A stretch of DNA of 64,000 bases, from NCBI RefSeq assembly GCF_004010195.1, contig NC_057728.1, positions 46,831,402 through 46,895,401 on the forward strand, given 5' to 3'. The notes below the pieces were generated by a model that worked only from the letters and a program-made list of their open reading frames with translations, searched no databases and had not been told where the DNA came from. Shown here one piece after another: positions 12,974-26,355 of the stretch; position 1 is the stretch's first letter; the number at the start of each line of letters is the position of its first letter. Position numbers and translations under genes: made by a program. The DNA is from Chiloscyllium plagiosum. Taxonomy: Eukaryota.

Positions 12974-13212
12974 ACTACTGTCCCAGGCCCACTGCCCTCG
13001 TCCTTCTCTGCCTCTCCTCTTCACTCGGGCATTAGACTCTGACAGAATGAACAATTCTAATGGGGGTGGGGTAGTGGTGGCATTCTAAATATCCAGTGTT
13101 GTAGTGCACAGTGTTGATTGTGGCTTTTTCTGTATGTCCTTCTCTATGAGAAATTATCCAAGCATAGCCTGGAAATTATTAAAAATCAAAGTTAAACTCT
13201 GACAAAACATTG

Positions 13213-14342
13213 GGTCCATTACTTTTTGTCATCTATATAAATGATTTGGGTGTGAGCTTAAGAGGTATAGTTAGTAAGTTTGCTGATGACACCAAAATTG
13301 GAGCTGTAGTGGACAGTAAAGAAGGTTACCTCAGATTATAATGGGATCTTGATCAGATGGGCCAATGGGCTGAGATGTGGTAGATGGAGTTTAATTTAGA
13401 TAAATGTGAGGTGCTGCATTTTGGGAAAGCAAATCTTAGCAGGACTTATACACTTAACGGTAAGGTCCTAGGGAGCATTGCTGAACAAAGAGACCTTGGA
13501 GTGCAGGTTCATAGCTCCTTGAAAGTGAAGTTGCGGTCAGGTAGAATAGTGAAGAAGGTATTTGGTATGCTATCCTTTATTGATCAGAGTTAAAGATCAC
13601 ACAACACCAACAACATCAGGTGATAGCGACGCTCTGAAAGCTAGTGTGCTTCCAATTAAATCTGTTGGACTTTAACCTGGTGTTGTGTGATTTTTAACTT
13701 TGTACACCGCAGTCCAACTCATGACTTTTATTGATCAGAGTATTGAGTACAGGAGTGGGGTGTCATGTTGCGGCTGTATAGGCCATTGGTTCAGCCACTT
13801 TTGGAATATTGCCTGCAATTCTGGTCTCCTACTTATCGGAAGAATGTTGTGAAACCTGAAAGGATTCAGAAAAGATTTACAAGGCTGTTACCAGGATTGG
13901 AGCATTTGAGCTATAGGGGGAGGTTGAATAGGCTAGGGCTGTTTTCCCTTGTGCATCAGAGGCTAAGGGGTGGCCTTATAAAGGTTTATAAATTCTTGAG
14001 GAGCATGGATAGGGTAAATAGACAAGGTCTTTTCTCTGGATTGGAGGAGTCCAGAACTAGAGGGCATAGGTTCAGGGTAAGTCACGAAAGATATAAAAGA
14101 GACCTAAGGGTCAACCTTTTCACAGAGAGAGTGGCGCATGTGTATAATGGGCTGTCAGAAGAATTGATGGAGGCTAGAACAATTGTAACATTTAAAAGGC
14201 ATCTGGATGGGTATATGAATAGGAAGGGTTTGGAGGGATATGGGCCAGGTGCTAGCAGGTGGGACTAGATTGGGTTGGGATATCTGGTTGGCATGGACTG
14301 AAAGGTCTGTTTCCATGCTGTACATCTCTATGACTCTTTGAC
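13213..14342 (+). mobile_element. CR1 LINE RT-to-3' end
   Basis: YINDL, FADDTK, MEFNLDKCEVLHFG, LEYCLQFWSP, RTRGH, 3'UTR and tail. Confidence 0.95.
13591..13726 (+). mobile_element. PLE-derived family B element inside CR1, with short 5' inversion
   Basis: Perfect 15-bp TSD tttattgatcagagt (13576-13590, 13727-13741). Confidence 0.85.
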
Positions 14343-14619
14343 TCGTATCTTCAGTGTCTCAGTCTTCTGCTGAATGAAGATCATGTCCTATTTTGAGCCT
14401 TTAGATCTGTCTTTGCAACTTAATATCTGATGTGACTGCCTCTGAATATCTTTCATGTGCACCCTCCAAGAAATGGAGTGAACAACGTAAGATTTTGATC
14501 TGTTGCCTTGGTAACAAGCTTAATATCATGTTAGGTATCTGTTCAAAAAATGGCAGGCTGCCTGGTAATACTGCACCTGCCCTAATTCCATATTGTTGGA
14601 GATTGACATCAGGTTAGCA

Positions 14620-15200
14620 AGATGGAGTAGGCCATTTGGCCCTTCAAGCCTGCTCTGGCATTCAATACAATCATGATTGATCATCCAAATCAGTCCCCTG
14701 TTCCCACTTTCTCTCCTTCTCTTTGATCCCTTTAGCCCTAAGAACTATATCTAACTCCTTCTTGAAAGTATTCAATGTTTTGGCGTCAGTCATTTTCCAT
14801 GGTACAGAATTCCACGGAAACACTGCTCTTGGCTGAAGTAATTCCGCCTCATCGAAGTCCAAAATGGCCTACTCTGTATCCTTATGCAAGAGTGATTGCA
14901 GACAGGAGCCCCAATTTGTAAATTTAAGATCACTCCAATGAATATCCACCCAGCTGCTCAATGTTTCCGCATAAGGCATCCCTTTGCTCCAAGTCATCCG
15001 AATTAACCTTCTCGGAGCTGCCTGCAATGCAGGTATGTTCCTGTCCAGGTAAAGTATCTAAAACTGCACTCAATACTTTAGGGGCAATCCCACCTGTGTC
15101 CTGTATTGCTGTGATAATGCCTCCCTACTTTACGCTCCATCTCCTTTTGAATAAAGGCCAACATTGTAAGTTTTCTTCAATTGCTTGCTGTTCCTGCTAT
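14620..15200 (-). mobile_element. Old CR1 3' fragments
   Basis: WNSVP...AKTLNTFKKELDIVL on minus strand plus tail. Confidence 0.65.
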
Positions 15201-15460
15201 GATGATGATGCACTACATCCACGGGCTAGATTTTGACAGTAAGGCACATTACAAGTTATGCAGCACACATTACAGCAAACCTGAGTTGGCAGCTTGCAGA
15301 CAGACCGCAGTCAAGTGCTAGGCAAAGTCACAACATTGTAGATGTTTTGGTAGGCATTTTTAAATCAACCTGCTTAGATGTGTAATAGCACATGTTTGGA
15401 ATGGCTGAGACTTAAATTCAGGCCTTCTAACCAAGAGGCAGAGACATTATCATTATATCA

Positions 15461-15783
15461 CGGCAGCACAGTGGCACAGTGGTTAACACTGCTACCTCAC
15501 AGCACCGGGGGCCCGGGTTTGATTCCTGCCTTGGGCGATTGTCTGTGGGGAGTTTGCACATTCTCCTCGTGTCTGCATGGGTTTCCTCTGGGTGCTCCGG
15601 TTTCCTCCCACAATCCAAAGATGTGCAGGTCAGGTGAATTGGCCATGCTAAATTGCCCATAGGGTTAGGTGCATTAGTCAGAGGGGAAATGGGTCCGGAT
15701 GGGTTATTCTTCAGAGGGTCGATGTGGACTGGTTGGGCAAAGGGCTTGTTTCCACACTGTGGGGAATCTAATGTAATCAAATC
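15461..15783 (+). mobile_element. HE1-type V-SINE (tRNA-derived head, V domain)
   Basis: A box tggcacagtgg, B-box-like ggtttgattcc, V domain gagtttgcacattctcc...ggtttcctcccaca, short repeat tail. Confidence 0.9.
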
Positions 15784-16147
15784 TCAAAAGTCCTTCACAA
15801 CCTTGTATACAGAAAGGACACAGAGTCCTTATAGGTGACCTTTTTCAAGGCAAGGTACACATACAGCACCTGCATGCTTATTTATCTGTGATTCATGCAA
15901 GTCCCTCTGTACCGCAGCATTCTACAATCTCTCTCCATTTAATTATTTTTGTCCTTCCTGCCAAATTTCTGCCCAATTACTTAACCTATCCATTTCCCGT
16001 TGCAGACTCTTTGTGTTCTCCTCACAACTTGCTTCCCACTGCCCTTGTTGATGAACAATGTTAGTGACTAAATGAATCACTCGAGTTTATTGTGGGGAGA
16101 AAGTCGCTGAGCAGTTCAGGGAATTCTCCACTGAAAAAAGGGACAAG

Positions 16148-16393
16148 AGCAAAGGTCACACGACACCAGGTTTATTTGAAATCACAGACTTCATCAGGTG
16201 AAGGACTTCATGTGACCTTGACCTTGTCCATCCTGAGAAAGCGAGGACTGCCAATGCTTGAGGTCCAGAGTCAAAAAATGTAGCGCTGGAAGTAGCACAG
16301 CAGGTCAAGCAGCATCCAAGAAACAGGAGAGTGAGCATAAGCCTTTCATCAGGAATGTCCATCCCAGTCCAACACTGGCACCTCCATAACATG
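16148..16393. mobile_element. Family B-related PLE derivative containing a nested family A copy (16234-16355)
   Basis: Inner 9-bp TSD tgtccatcc (16225-16233, 16356-16364). Confidence 0.7.
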
Positions 16394-17852
16394 AAAAAGG
16401 GAAACACACTTTTTTATACATTTGTCTTTAGCCCACTTTTGTGTGTTACGAACGAATCATATTATAAATGGATTACATACTCATTCAATCAGGTTAAACA
16501 TGTGACTGCGAAAACATGTTCGAGGTTTGCCCAAGATCTCATGATGTTTACCAGACCTCTTTATTACTTATGTTTGGGCCTTCACAAAACGCCTTATTTA
16601 ACCACATTCCAGGCTTTAGCTCCTGCACCAGTTATTCAGTATCACGCTGCAAATAGCAATGGGGCTTCTATCTGCTTTGGACTGAATGTCCATGGGAATG
16701 CAGTTAAATCCCTTAATGTTGTATGTTTATAACTCCTTTTTTTACACATTTAAGCTGTGGCTTTGATTACCTGGGGGTCTTAAATGATTTGGGTCAAACC
16801 CTTCCACTCTAACTCATGATCAATACCATACTTTGGACCAGCCTGATATGGAGGCTTCTATCAAGCAAGAATATTCCTCATCAAACTGTCTCAGTACAAG
16901 CGGCAGCTGCATTTTTGCTTTTTATTCAAGAAGAGCCTGTTGCATGCATTTCACAAGACCCTTTGTGAGCTATCTTAATCTTGTTACCTTGAATATATTC
17001 CCTCTGTAATGGCATTCAATCACGTGAGCTTAAAGTTTGATTTGAAACAGCATGTATTTCAGCTAAAAATATTCCTCAGGCATTTTGTGTCAAGCTGAGA
17101 ACAACTTTCAGCCATTTTATGTTGCTCCAGCCATGGGCAGACCGAACATTAGAAAGCATATTGCAACTTACCTCGATCCTGTGATTCCAATCCTCTAACA
17201 AACACCTCAATTAATCAAGTATCTTTTGAAACCCGAATACGTTTTATCATTTATGTGCATTTCAATGTCTTCACTAATCCTAATGGGTTTAATTGGACTC
17301 GCTGATTAAGGGCTATTTTGTTATTTCTCTGTATCTACAGTTCAGTAAGTAGCTTTAACAACTGTGATAATGATTTTCAACCACTATGTGTATGATCATC
17401 ATTGTATTTAAATTCACAGATGAAAGCATGCTTTGTCATCATCAGAACAGAATTATATTTTTTGAAATCTTTCCCAGTCATCCCAAGGGAATGTTCTTTT
17501 TGTCTACTTCAGATCATAAAATACTTTAAAGTCTTATTTTAAATATGTTAACAATCTTAATGTTGGAATAAAACATTAATGTATTGAACTCCAGGTATTC
17601 ACTGGAAATACAAACTTCATATGGTTCTGTCCTGTCATGGTTCCCTTGGGGCTTTGGTTGGGAAGGGTGTGTCACAGAGACACAGGTGACCAGGTTGCTC
17701 ATGTGGAATATTCATGTCTATGGGGTTTGCCTGTTGGCATTTTGCTCGGAGTATTGTGGGAAGTCAATATAAACTTGGACTTTCAAACTTAGACGGTCCC
17801 AGAGGCTGTGAGAAATTCCTGCCCATTTGCCAAATTCACTATTCAACTCATA

Positions 17853-18098
17853 TTCCATGTCTGCGTTGGTTTCTACAGGGTGCTCCAGTTTCCTCCCACA
17901 AAGATCTGCAAGGTAGGTGGATTGGCCGAGCTAAATTACCTATAATATGTTCAGGGATGTGTAGGTTAGGTGCATTAGCCAAGGGAAATGCAAGCTTACA
18001 GGGATCTGATAGGGGGATGGTTCTGGGTGGGATGTTCTTCGGAGGGTCGGTGTGGACTTGTTGGTCTGAATGGCCTGTTTCCATACTCTAGGGATTCT
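17853..18098 (+). mobile_element. HE1-type SINE, 5'-truncated
   Basis: V-domain 3' half and tail similar to the 15461 copy. Confidence 0.85.
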
Positions 18099-20602
18099 TA
18101 AAAAAGGTATTCATTTAGAATGGACTATACAGCATGTGATTGACAGGAAATGTCCCCAAACAAAAATGGTATCTTCCAGGCCTGCCTCTAACCTTCAATT
18201 CCATTTTGAAAGATTCTACCCACAATATTCTTTATTTCAGTATTTAATGTCACAGTTAATAATTTTCTTTTTATTGATATATATGTAGAATTCCTTAATA
18301 TTTTTATTTGTATTTTCAAACTTCTATCCTCATGCATCCTGTTTGCTGTTCAGCACTTCTCTTGACTTTGTTTATTCAGTCCTATTCTCCTTTTTTAAAA
18401 ATCAAACCATTTAGCCTATTTGTTAAATCTATATCCTCTTGTCATATAACTGTTCATTATGCTCTTATTTCATTTCCCATCTTGTAATGTAGGAACTTTT
18501 ATGGGTTCATATTTAATGCTATTCATTTTCTCTTATCTTTAATGTCCAGACTAGCATCATATTCCTTTCTTTCAATCTTGCCTCTGTTCACAATAGGTCA
18601 AGGTTATTTTGTTCTTATACTTCCTTTATTTCCTTTACTTATGTCCTTTTTGCCAAATTCTCTTTATTTTCATTTAACCTGTTTGTTTTTACAATCTTTT
18701 TTCTTTCTTCTTTGCTTTTGCTTCTGGTTTATATTTCCTCTGCACTTTCTCTTCCTAGTTTAACTGACTCTTCATTTCCCTATTTACTTGCCCTGGCAGT
18801 GTATTCACTCCCCTCCATCTGCCATTAATGGGATATTGCAGGAAGTAGGTCATTTGATGTATTTCCTGTCATTGGTACCATCGCGACAAGGGAAATGCTT
18901 GTTCATCACAATGACCAGAAATGCTATGGGCACACAGGGTTATTTAGAATTTAAATGGCCAAAAGCATAATGTAATGGGTCAACTGCATACGCCTATGTG
19001 TCACTTTTGAAGAACTTTAAAATAATTTTCTGAATTTATGCTGGCAATAAGAAAGTTGTTGGTAACATAGCACCGCAGTGGTCTCTGAAACTGTTCATTC
19101 CCATAGACAGCCATCCTTTCCTATCTAAATCCAGCTGTCATTCAGAAAACTTCAAAATGACTCCAACGCTGAAACATTAAGCAGAAACTCCATAGTTCTA
19201 CTAAAGTGGAACCTATAGAATTATATCTGGCAATGTAACAATTCTCAGGACTGAACAGAAATCTTTATGTTATTCACCTTACTGGACTTAGAATGACCAC
19301 TTTCAGATTTTCCCAGTGCAGCATGAATTTTCCAGGGTTCTGAAAACATATCAGGGAAAAGGTGGTGGGTTTCAGGCACATTAAATCATAACAAACTGGT
19401 ACATGCCATACTACCTCTCCAGTCTGCTCAGTTATTCAGTGTGATCATGTTGATTTTCTATATCAATTCCCTTTATCTATGTCCTTTAGTGGACAAATCG
19501 TATCCATCTCAACTGTGAAGATACTCACCGACTGAACATTTGCAGCCTTCTGCTCTACATACACAGAAGAGACGTGTACAGGAGATCAGTGCAGTAAAGC
19601 AGACAGGAGACCAATAGAAAAGTCATGGTTGCAGAACACACTTCCCATGTGAGGTTTTCTAGTGGAAAGTCAAGCTCCTAGACTCATCTGAAGATTGATG
19701 TTTCATCAGGTTTCGATTGTCAAAGAAGGAGGTCACCGGCATAAAAGTTTCCATAACTGTTGGTTGCGGAACTAGGTGGCCACTCATTGCTTGTCACCAT
19801 CATAACAACCCCATCCTCAATTTCTTTGCCTGTGGCACCATCGAGCACACCACTAGAGACCTGGTTTCACAATCAACTGTCCATGATGCATATGACAGGA
19901 CAGGGATCGATTGCCTTATGACCTTTCCTCTGCAATGACAATAGCCAGAATGGCTGCACAGTCACTGTGGCCTCTCTGCCAGGCTTCCTACAGGAAGAGT
20001 GTCATCAATTGTACAAACAGAATGATCCAAGGACCAGCATAACAAGCAAGAGTTTTTCTTTATCAACTGCTAAGGATATTCTTGCAAAACTCTACAAGAG
20101 GCGGTTCAGGCAAGTATGTGACAGATTCCCTGGTATCTATCATGCCACCAGTCTTTGACCACTACAGTCTTTGAGTGCTCGTTTTGAGCCATTTCCTTTA
20201 GTGTTCAATCAGGATTAATCCATAAAACTGACATCACTGATCATCTACAGCCCATATGAGCCTGTGTCTCCTATACTGCCTCTCAGTAAAGAGCACAATC
20301 ATATGCAATTCAAAATAAATTTGCAACTTAATACATTACACAGTCCTCCAGTAGTTCATTTGTCATTCTCTTTAAGCATGACTGCTGAGCATCAGGCAGT
20401 TTTATGTCATCACATATATTGTTTCTCTTTGTCCTATATTTTTCTACCCTCTCCAAATGGAAAGTTGTTCCAAATTTGACTGAGTGTTTTCTTCCATGCC
20501 TATCTCCAATCATGATTCGGAGATGCCGGTGTTGGACTGGGGTGTACAAAGTTAAAAATCACATAACACCAGGTTATAGTCCAACAGGTTTAATTGGAAG
20601 CA

Positions 20603-20637
20603 CACTAGCTTTCAGAGCGATGCTCCTTCATCAGGTG
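20603..20637 (-). ncRNA. Minimal type I hammerhead ribozyme motif
   Basis: CAC-CUGAUGA-A-GGAGC-auc-GCUCU-GAAA-GC-UA-GUG: stem I CAC/GUG, stem II 5 bp, palindromic AGCU stem III. Confidence 0.7.
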
Positions 20638-20879
20638 ATTGTGGAGGGCTCGATTGTAACACAGAATTTATAGCAAAAATTTGCAGTGTGATGTAACTGA
20701 AATTATATATTGAAGAATTGATTGTCTGTTAAGCCTTTCATCTGTTAGAGTGAAACTATCACAGTGTTCTAACAGATGAAAGCCTTAACAGACAATCAAT
20801 TCTTCAATGTATAATTTCAGTTACATCACACTGCAAATTTTTGCTATAAATTCTGTGTTACGATCGAGCCCTCCATAAT

Positions 20880-20914
20880 CACCTGATGAAAGAGCGTCGC
20901 TCCGAAAGCTAGTG
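20880..20914 (+). ncRNA. Minimal type I hammerhead ribozyme motif
   Basis: CAC-CUGAUGA-A-aGAGC-guc-GCUCC-GAAA-GC-UA-GUG. Confidence 0.7.
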
Positions 20915-22016
20915 TGCTTCCAATTAAACCTGTTGGACTATAACCTGGTGTTATGTGATTTTTAACTATCTCCAATCACTATGCTTATTAATTGCTTAGA
21001 GTAACTAGGACTGTACCTGCCTGTTCCCCTTTTATTAGGAAAATGTGTTGACTCCAGTAGAAGTCATCTAAAGCTTCTAGGCTTTTATATCCAGCTAACT
21101 AGGTCTATAAGCTAACAATCAGCCAACTTTGAGCAAGAGTTATTACAAAATGTTCTCAGCTAGATAATAAGTTTAATAACTGATATTTTTTTAAAAATCT
21201 GCACATTAAAACCATCTATGACAACAATGTCCTGCATTTTTTATTATTCTCTGAATACAATAAAACATCTCAAGGTGCCATATCAAATACAATTTGATAG
21301 TTAGCCACACAAGACAAGATAATTTAGCTGACCAGATTCTGAATCAAAGCAGTAGATTTAGGGAGTGTCTTTAAGAGAGGAATTTTCTGCTTGAACCTTC
21401 TAGCTTTCCTCTTTCTCTTTAAGATGATTCTTAAAACATACCCTGTTTGCCTAAGATTTTCTCATCTAAATGTCTCTTTCTCAGCATCAAATGTGCTTTT
21501 TAAAGCTCCTGTGAAATGCTTTCAGATATTTTGTTACATTTCAGTCACGATACAAATGCAAATTGTTTTTGCTTTAAAGTGCTTAAAGTTTATGTACATC
21601 AGCAGACATTCTTTGAGTAAAGTGCACCCTGGGGTACTTTTACCATTGCTTTCTTCTTGAAGACTGATGATTACCTCCACCTTTGCTTCAATGGCCAATG
21701 GAACTGAGACCACATTGTCTGGGCTAACCAATTCATTATCCACCTGCTTCACATTCACTCCCAATGGAAGGTACTCAGCTGCTTTACTGCATCTCTACCA
21801 AAAATATGGCATCATCGTGAAATGGTGAGTGAGGGGAGGCTGACCTCTCAGAGGGAACGTGCCAATGATTGTAATGAGTTCACCTAGGAAAATTTAGCAT
21901 GATATTCCACATGCTCACACCATGATTACAGCAACACTGTTAATGCAATTGCCTTTTTCAACAAAGTAAAGTCACTGCTAAAGGCTGCCACTAAAAATCT
22001 ATCCCTGGGGTTAGGA

Positions 22017-22331
22017 CTAGAATCCCTACAAATTTGAAACAGGCCTTTTGGCCCAATGAGTCCACACAAGTCCTTCAAAGAGCATCCTATCCAGACCCAT
22101 TCCCATAACCCTGCATTTCCCATGGTTAAGGCACCTAGCCTGGATACTACAGGGTAATTTAGCATGGCCAATCAACCTAACCTACACATCTTTGTACTGT
22201 GGGAGAAAACCCATGCACGCACAGGGAGAACATGCAAACTCCACACAGACAGTTAGCCAAGGCTGGAATTGAACCCAGGTCCCTGATACTGTAAGGAGGC
22301 AGTGCTAACCACTGAGCTGCTATGCCACCCC
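22017..22331 (-). mobile_element. HE1-type V-SINE
   Basis: Reverse complement of the tRNA head and V domain. Confidence 0.85.
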
Positions 22332-23284
22332 ATTGTTTCCTAGAATTGTTTCCTTGTGAGAAAATCTGGCATCCTTCCAAGGGAACAATGGGACTATATA
22401 TAATTCCACCTAGATATCCTTTTGTAGGTTTATAAAGAAAAAGCAGACTGCCTTATTAACAAGCCACACTTTCCTGAAGTATATGAATCTCTGATTTGTT
22501 TCATTACTAGGCCAGTGTACCTCTAGCTAACTCCATATAACATTTAGATGAAACCAAGTTATGAAACAATGTAATAGATTATATGTTTTACATTACTATA
22601 TTGATAATTTTCTTTTCTAGACAATAGATTTTATTTCAAAATAAAATTATTTGGACATGGAACTATAATTTCAATCCTGATTTCTAGCCCAGACGCTGCA
22701 CACTTCAAATAAGAAAAGCAGAAGAGGAAGAAGAGATAAATTAATTTTGGAGAAATTGAAATGACAGGAAGAACAATAATTCAGATAAGCCATACCACTA
22801 AAAATAATACAATTTGGGTGTAATTTATAGCAGTAGTATAATTTCCATTCCAAAATTAGAGCTTGCTTTAACTAATAACATTCTATACAGAAGGTTCAAA
22901 CAAGCACGCTGTTTTCTGTATTATAATTAAAATATTTACTAACAAAATAGATGAACAAAGCCATAACACATTGAGGGAAGCTATGCTTGGGTGTTTATTG
23001 TCTTCTTCAGGCAATAATGCAGCATTCAATTAAGAATTTTGGCAGAAAATTCATTAATTACAATTTCAGAAATAAGGACCACAAGGACATATACTAAAAC
23101 AAATGTAACAAATAATTTAAACACAGTCATTCTTTATAGGTTTGATTCTAACATTAGATTTTATGGGGTGTTGTGTTCCCTTCACCCTGACAAAAATGTT
23201 GATCAGGGGTCCAGCATGAAAAAGCCAGCTTTTGTTTTTATCCATTCCTGGGTGTGGGTGTCGCTGGCTCAGCCAGCACTTATC

Positions 23285-23795
23285 GACCAATCTGTCAGTA
23301 TGCAGACTCAGAAGCAATTGCGACTAGTTCCAACTGGCCTTGAGAGCCAAGGTAAATCAAGGCAAGAGTGAGATCAGGTTCCTTGCACCTGGAAGACCAT
23401 CAACTCAGTGAAAGATGCTCTTTGGGGTCTGCCTGAAACCTGTTGGCCTCCTAGTGTAAAGATTTGCAAGTGTTGCAAACTGGCTCATTCTAAACTCCAA
23501 GACTACCTGCTGAGGGATGCACTAAAACCTTGGATAGTTGCCGTCAAAGGCACACTGGAAAAAAATCACCACCTAAGGTCTTCGTGTCAAAGTACAATGG
23601 GGTCCATTCAGTTATCAAACACTCTCACTGCCTTGAATGTATGTAAATAATGTCCTGCATAAGTAAGAAATACCTCTGGTCATTGCAATAGCAGGAAACA
23701 TCAGATTCCAGTGTTTGCTTTTTTCTTTGATATGTAAAGACTGCACAGAACTACTTTAGTAGCTGTGTATATGTACATAAAGTTTTTTTACTGAA
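23285..23795 (+). mobile_element. L1/Tx1-clade LINE 3' fragment
   Basis: WKTINSVKDALW...CCKLAHSKLQDYLLRDALK resembles Tx1-like ORF2 C-termini, followed by an AT-rich UTR. Confidence 0.6.
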
Positions 23796-23825
23796 TTAAG
23801 TATATTTTTGCAATAAACAATGTTT

Positions 23826-24120
23826 TTGTTGCCCAGCCCCAACTGCTCAGAAGCCATTCAGAGTCAACATACATTACTGTGGGCCTGGAGTTACATGTAG
23901 ACCAGACCAGGTAAGGATGGTACATTTCCTTTCCTAAAAGGCAAAAGTGAACCAGATGGACTTTTAAAAATGACAATGGTTATCGCCAGACTAAAGTTTT
24001 AATCTGGATTTTTTAAAAGTTCAAATTTCACCATCTGGAATGGTGGGATTCAATTCCATGTGCGCAGAACTTTAACAAGGATTCAGGATTACTACTCCAG
24101 TGACATTACCACCACTCCTC
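23826..24120 (-). mobile_element. tRNA-derived SINE (second family; related copy near 51000-51460)
   Basis: Shared core ggagttacatgtagaccagaccaggtaaggatgg...gtgaaccagatgg and reverse-complement head. Confidence 0.6.
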
Positions 24121-25432
24121 CACATGGTTGCACAGCACCAACACAACACTTGGCAATAAGTTAATTGGCCCAGGTTGAGACTTGTGCCCCAAGCTTTCAA
24201 ACTAATTGGGTAGCCGCTCTATACGCCATTAGCACCAACTTTGGCAAGTGGCCACTGTTGGAACTACAGCCTATCCAAGAAGAAGCAAATCTTAAGGAGG
24301 CCGGACTGAAGCTAAGTCCAGGTATTGGCAGGGCATAGCCATAAGGAAGCGAGGGGACAGAGAAGAGGTGGGAAGCCAGGGTTGATACACAGGGGGTGAG
24401 ACTGAGGGGGGCATTATGACTTCTGATGGGCACAGGGTATCCACAAGAGGGTATCCACTGTTACTCAACACCAGCCCATGCAGCTAAAGCTACCGAACTA
24501 TCCATTCTATGTAAGCTTTCCCCTATCATGTGTAAATCAGCAGCAACTCACCAAGTATCCTTCAAAAATATCTTCCCAACACCTGACCTCTTTCATCTGG
24601 AAAAACTAAAGTAACAGATACATGAGAACACTACCAGCTGCAAGTTCCCCTTCAAGTCACACTCCATCCTGACTTGGAAATTACATCACAGTTCCTTCAC
24701 TGTTGCTGGGTGAAAATCCTGGAACTCCCTTCCCAAAAGCACTGTGGGCCTACCTATCCCTGTCTTGGACCACAGAGGGTTTTAGAAGGCAGCCTCAACA
24801 GGTAAATAAATACTGGCTTAGTCAATAATGCTCACACTTTGTGAACAAACAGAAAGAGGCAGTGGGACAGAATGAGATTCTTAAGTGGCCATTAAGTGAG
24901 GACTTAAGGGTCCCAACAGATTTAAAGATTAACAGGCTGTGCAACGCCATTTCTACTCCCTATAAAAATGAAAGACAATTCAAGGGTGGATGGTAGGCAG
25001 TGCTCAAGCCATGTCCACTGGCTGTTATAACCTTCTCCACCTTTTACCCCACTGGTGGGGAAGGGTAAAATCCAGCTCCATAGTTTTGCTCAAATCCTTA
25101 TCAAGAAAGCATAAACCAAAGAGTCATATAATTTTGTTTATGACTGGGTGAGGTGAGTAACCAACTTCCCTTATAATCCCTGACTGGTCAGTCACAACAG
25201 GGCATGTATTACTTTATTTTTCAGCAAGCAGCTAACACTGCAATTAAAACTTCAATAAACAATATTAATGAAGCCAATTCCATGGTTTTCCTGAGTGAAA
25301 GAGGAATTTTCTGACCTACTACCTGAAAAAATAGTTAAAAAATCACAATATCAAACACAGCATTATGCTTTTTAAAAAGTGGGGAGGTGTCTGGTCTGAG
25401 CAGGAAGATAAAGGCAAATTCAGCTTACAGCA

Positions 25433-25643
25433 GTCATAGAGTCAGAGAGATGTACAGCATGGAAACAGACCCTTCGGTCCAACCCATCCATGCCGACCAG
25501 ATATCCCAACCCAATCTAGTCCCACCTGCCAGCACCCGGCCCATAGCCCTCCAAACCTTTCCTATTCATATACCCATCCAAATGCCTCTTAAATGGTGCA
25601 ATTGTACCAGCCTCCACCACTTCCTCTGGCAGCTCATTTCATA
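25433..25643 (-). mobile_element. CR1 3' end
   Basis: Near-identical to 2240-2450. Confidence 0.9.
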
Positions 25644-26029
25644 CAGTCAGATTGTGAGTTAAATTTGACTCCATGACTATTTAGCTCTTGTCATGTTTCC
25701 TTAGCAGCAACAAAACTGACAGAATTCCAGAGTTAGACCAAAAGACCAGAAGATATAGGAACAGAATTAGTCATTCGGCCTACCAAATCTGCTCTGCCAT
25801 TCGAACATGACATGTTTCTCAACCCCACTCTCCTGCCCTTTCCCTGTAACTTTTGATCCCTGACTAATCAAGAGCCTATCACTGTCTTATATACACTCAA
25901 TGACTTGGCCTCCACAACCCTCTGCATCAATGAGTCTCACGAATCCACCACCCTCTGGCTGAAGAAATTCCTCTTCATCTCAGTTCTAAATGGTTATCCC
26001 TCAGGTCAGAGTCCCTCCTACTAGTGGAA

Positions 26030-26160
26030 TCATGATTTGGAGATGCCAGTGTTGGACTGGGGTGTACAAAGTTAAAAATCACACAACACCAGGTTACAGT
26101 CCGATAGGTTTAATTGGAAGCACTAGCTTTTGGACTGCCGCTCCTTCATCAGGTGGTTGT
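26030..26160 (-). mobile_element. PLE family B element within an old CR1 tail (25740-26185)
   Basis: catgatttggagatgccagtgttggactgggg...ctagcttttgg...ctccttcatcaggtg. Confidence 0.8.
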
Positions 26161-26355
26161 GGACTTCTCCATGTCCACTCTTCTGGTGAATAGTTGTTTA
26201 CCCAATTTGTTTTCCCAAAATTTCTTTTAAGAGATGATACAACACAGGGTGAGGGAGAGAGGGAGAAAGAAAAAAATTTAAAGAACTATTTTTATTCATT
26301 CATTTTTCTTTCTCTGCTCTGCCAAGCAAGCTGCTGAGAGATAGTCTATTCTAGT

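Larger units (their letters stand above)
20513..20965. mobile_element. PLE family B fold-back insertion with 200-bp inverted arms
   Basis: 13-bp TSD ctatctccaatca (20500-20512, 20966-20978); arms 20550-20749 and 20768-20967. Confidence 0.9.

Noticed and set aside
15461..15535. tRNA gene
   Set aside because: It is the tRNA-derived head of a SINE that continues into the V domain and has many dispersed copies
18200..18790. Hydrophobic membrane-like ORFs
   Set aside because: Artefact of T-rich low-complexity DNA
19278..19339. Minus-strand exon candidate EPWKIHAALGKSESGHSKS
   Set aside because: Splice sites are plausible, but such short pairs occur often by chance; no independent support
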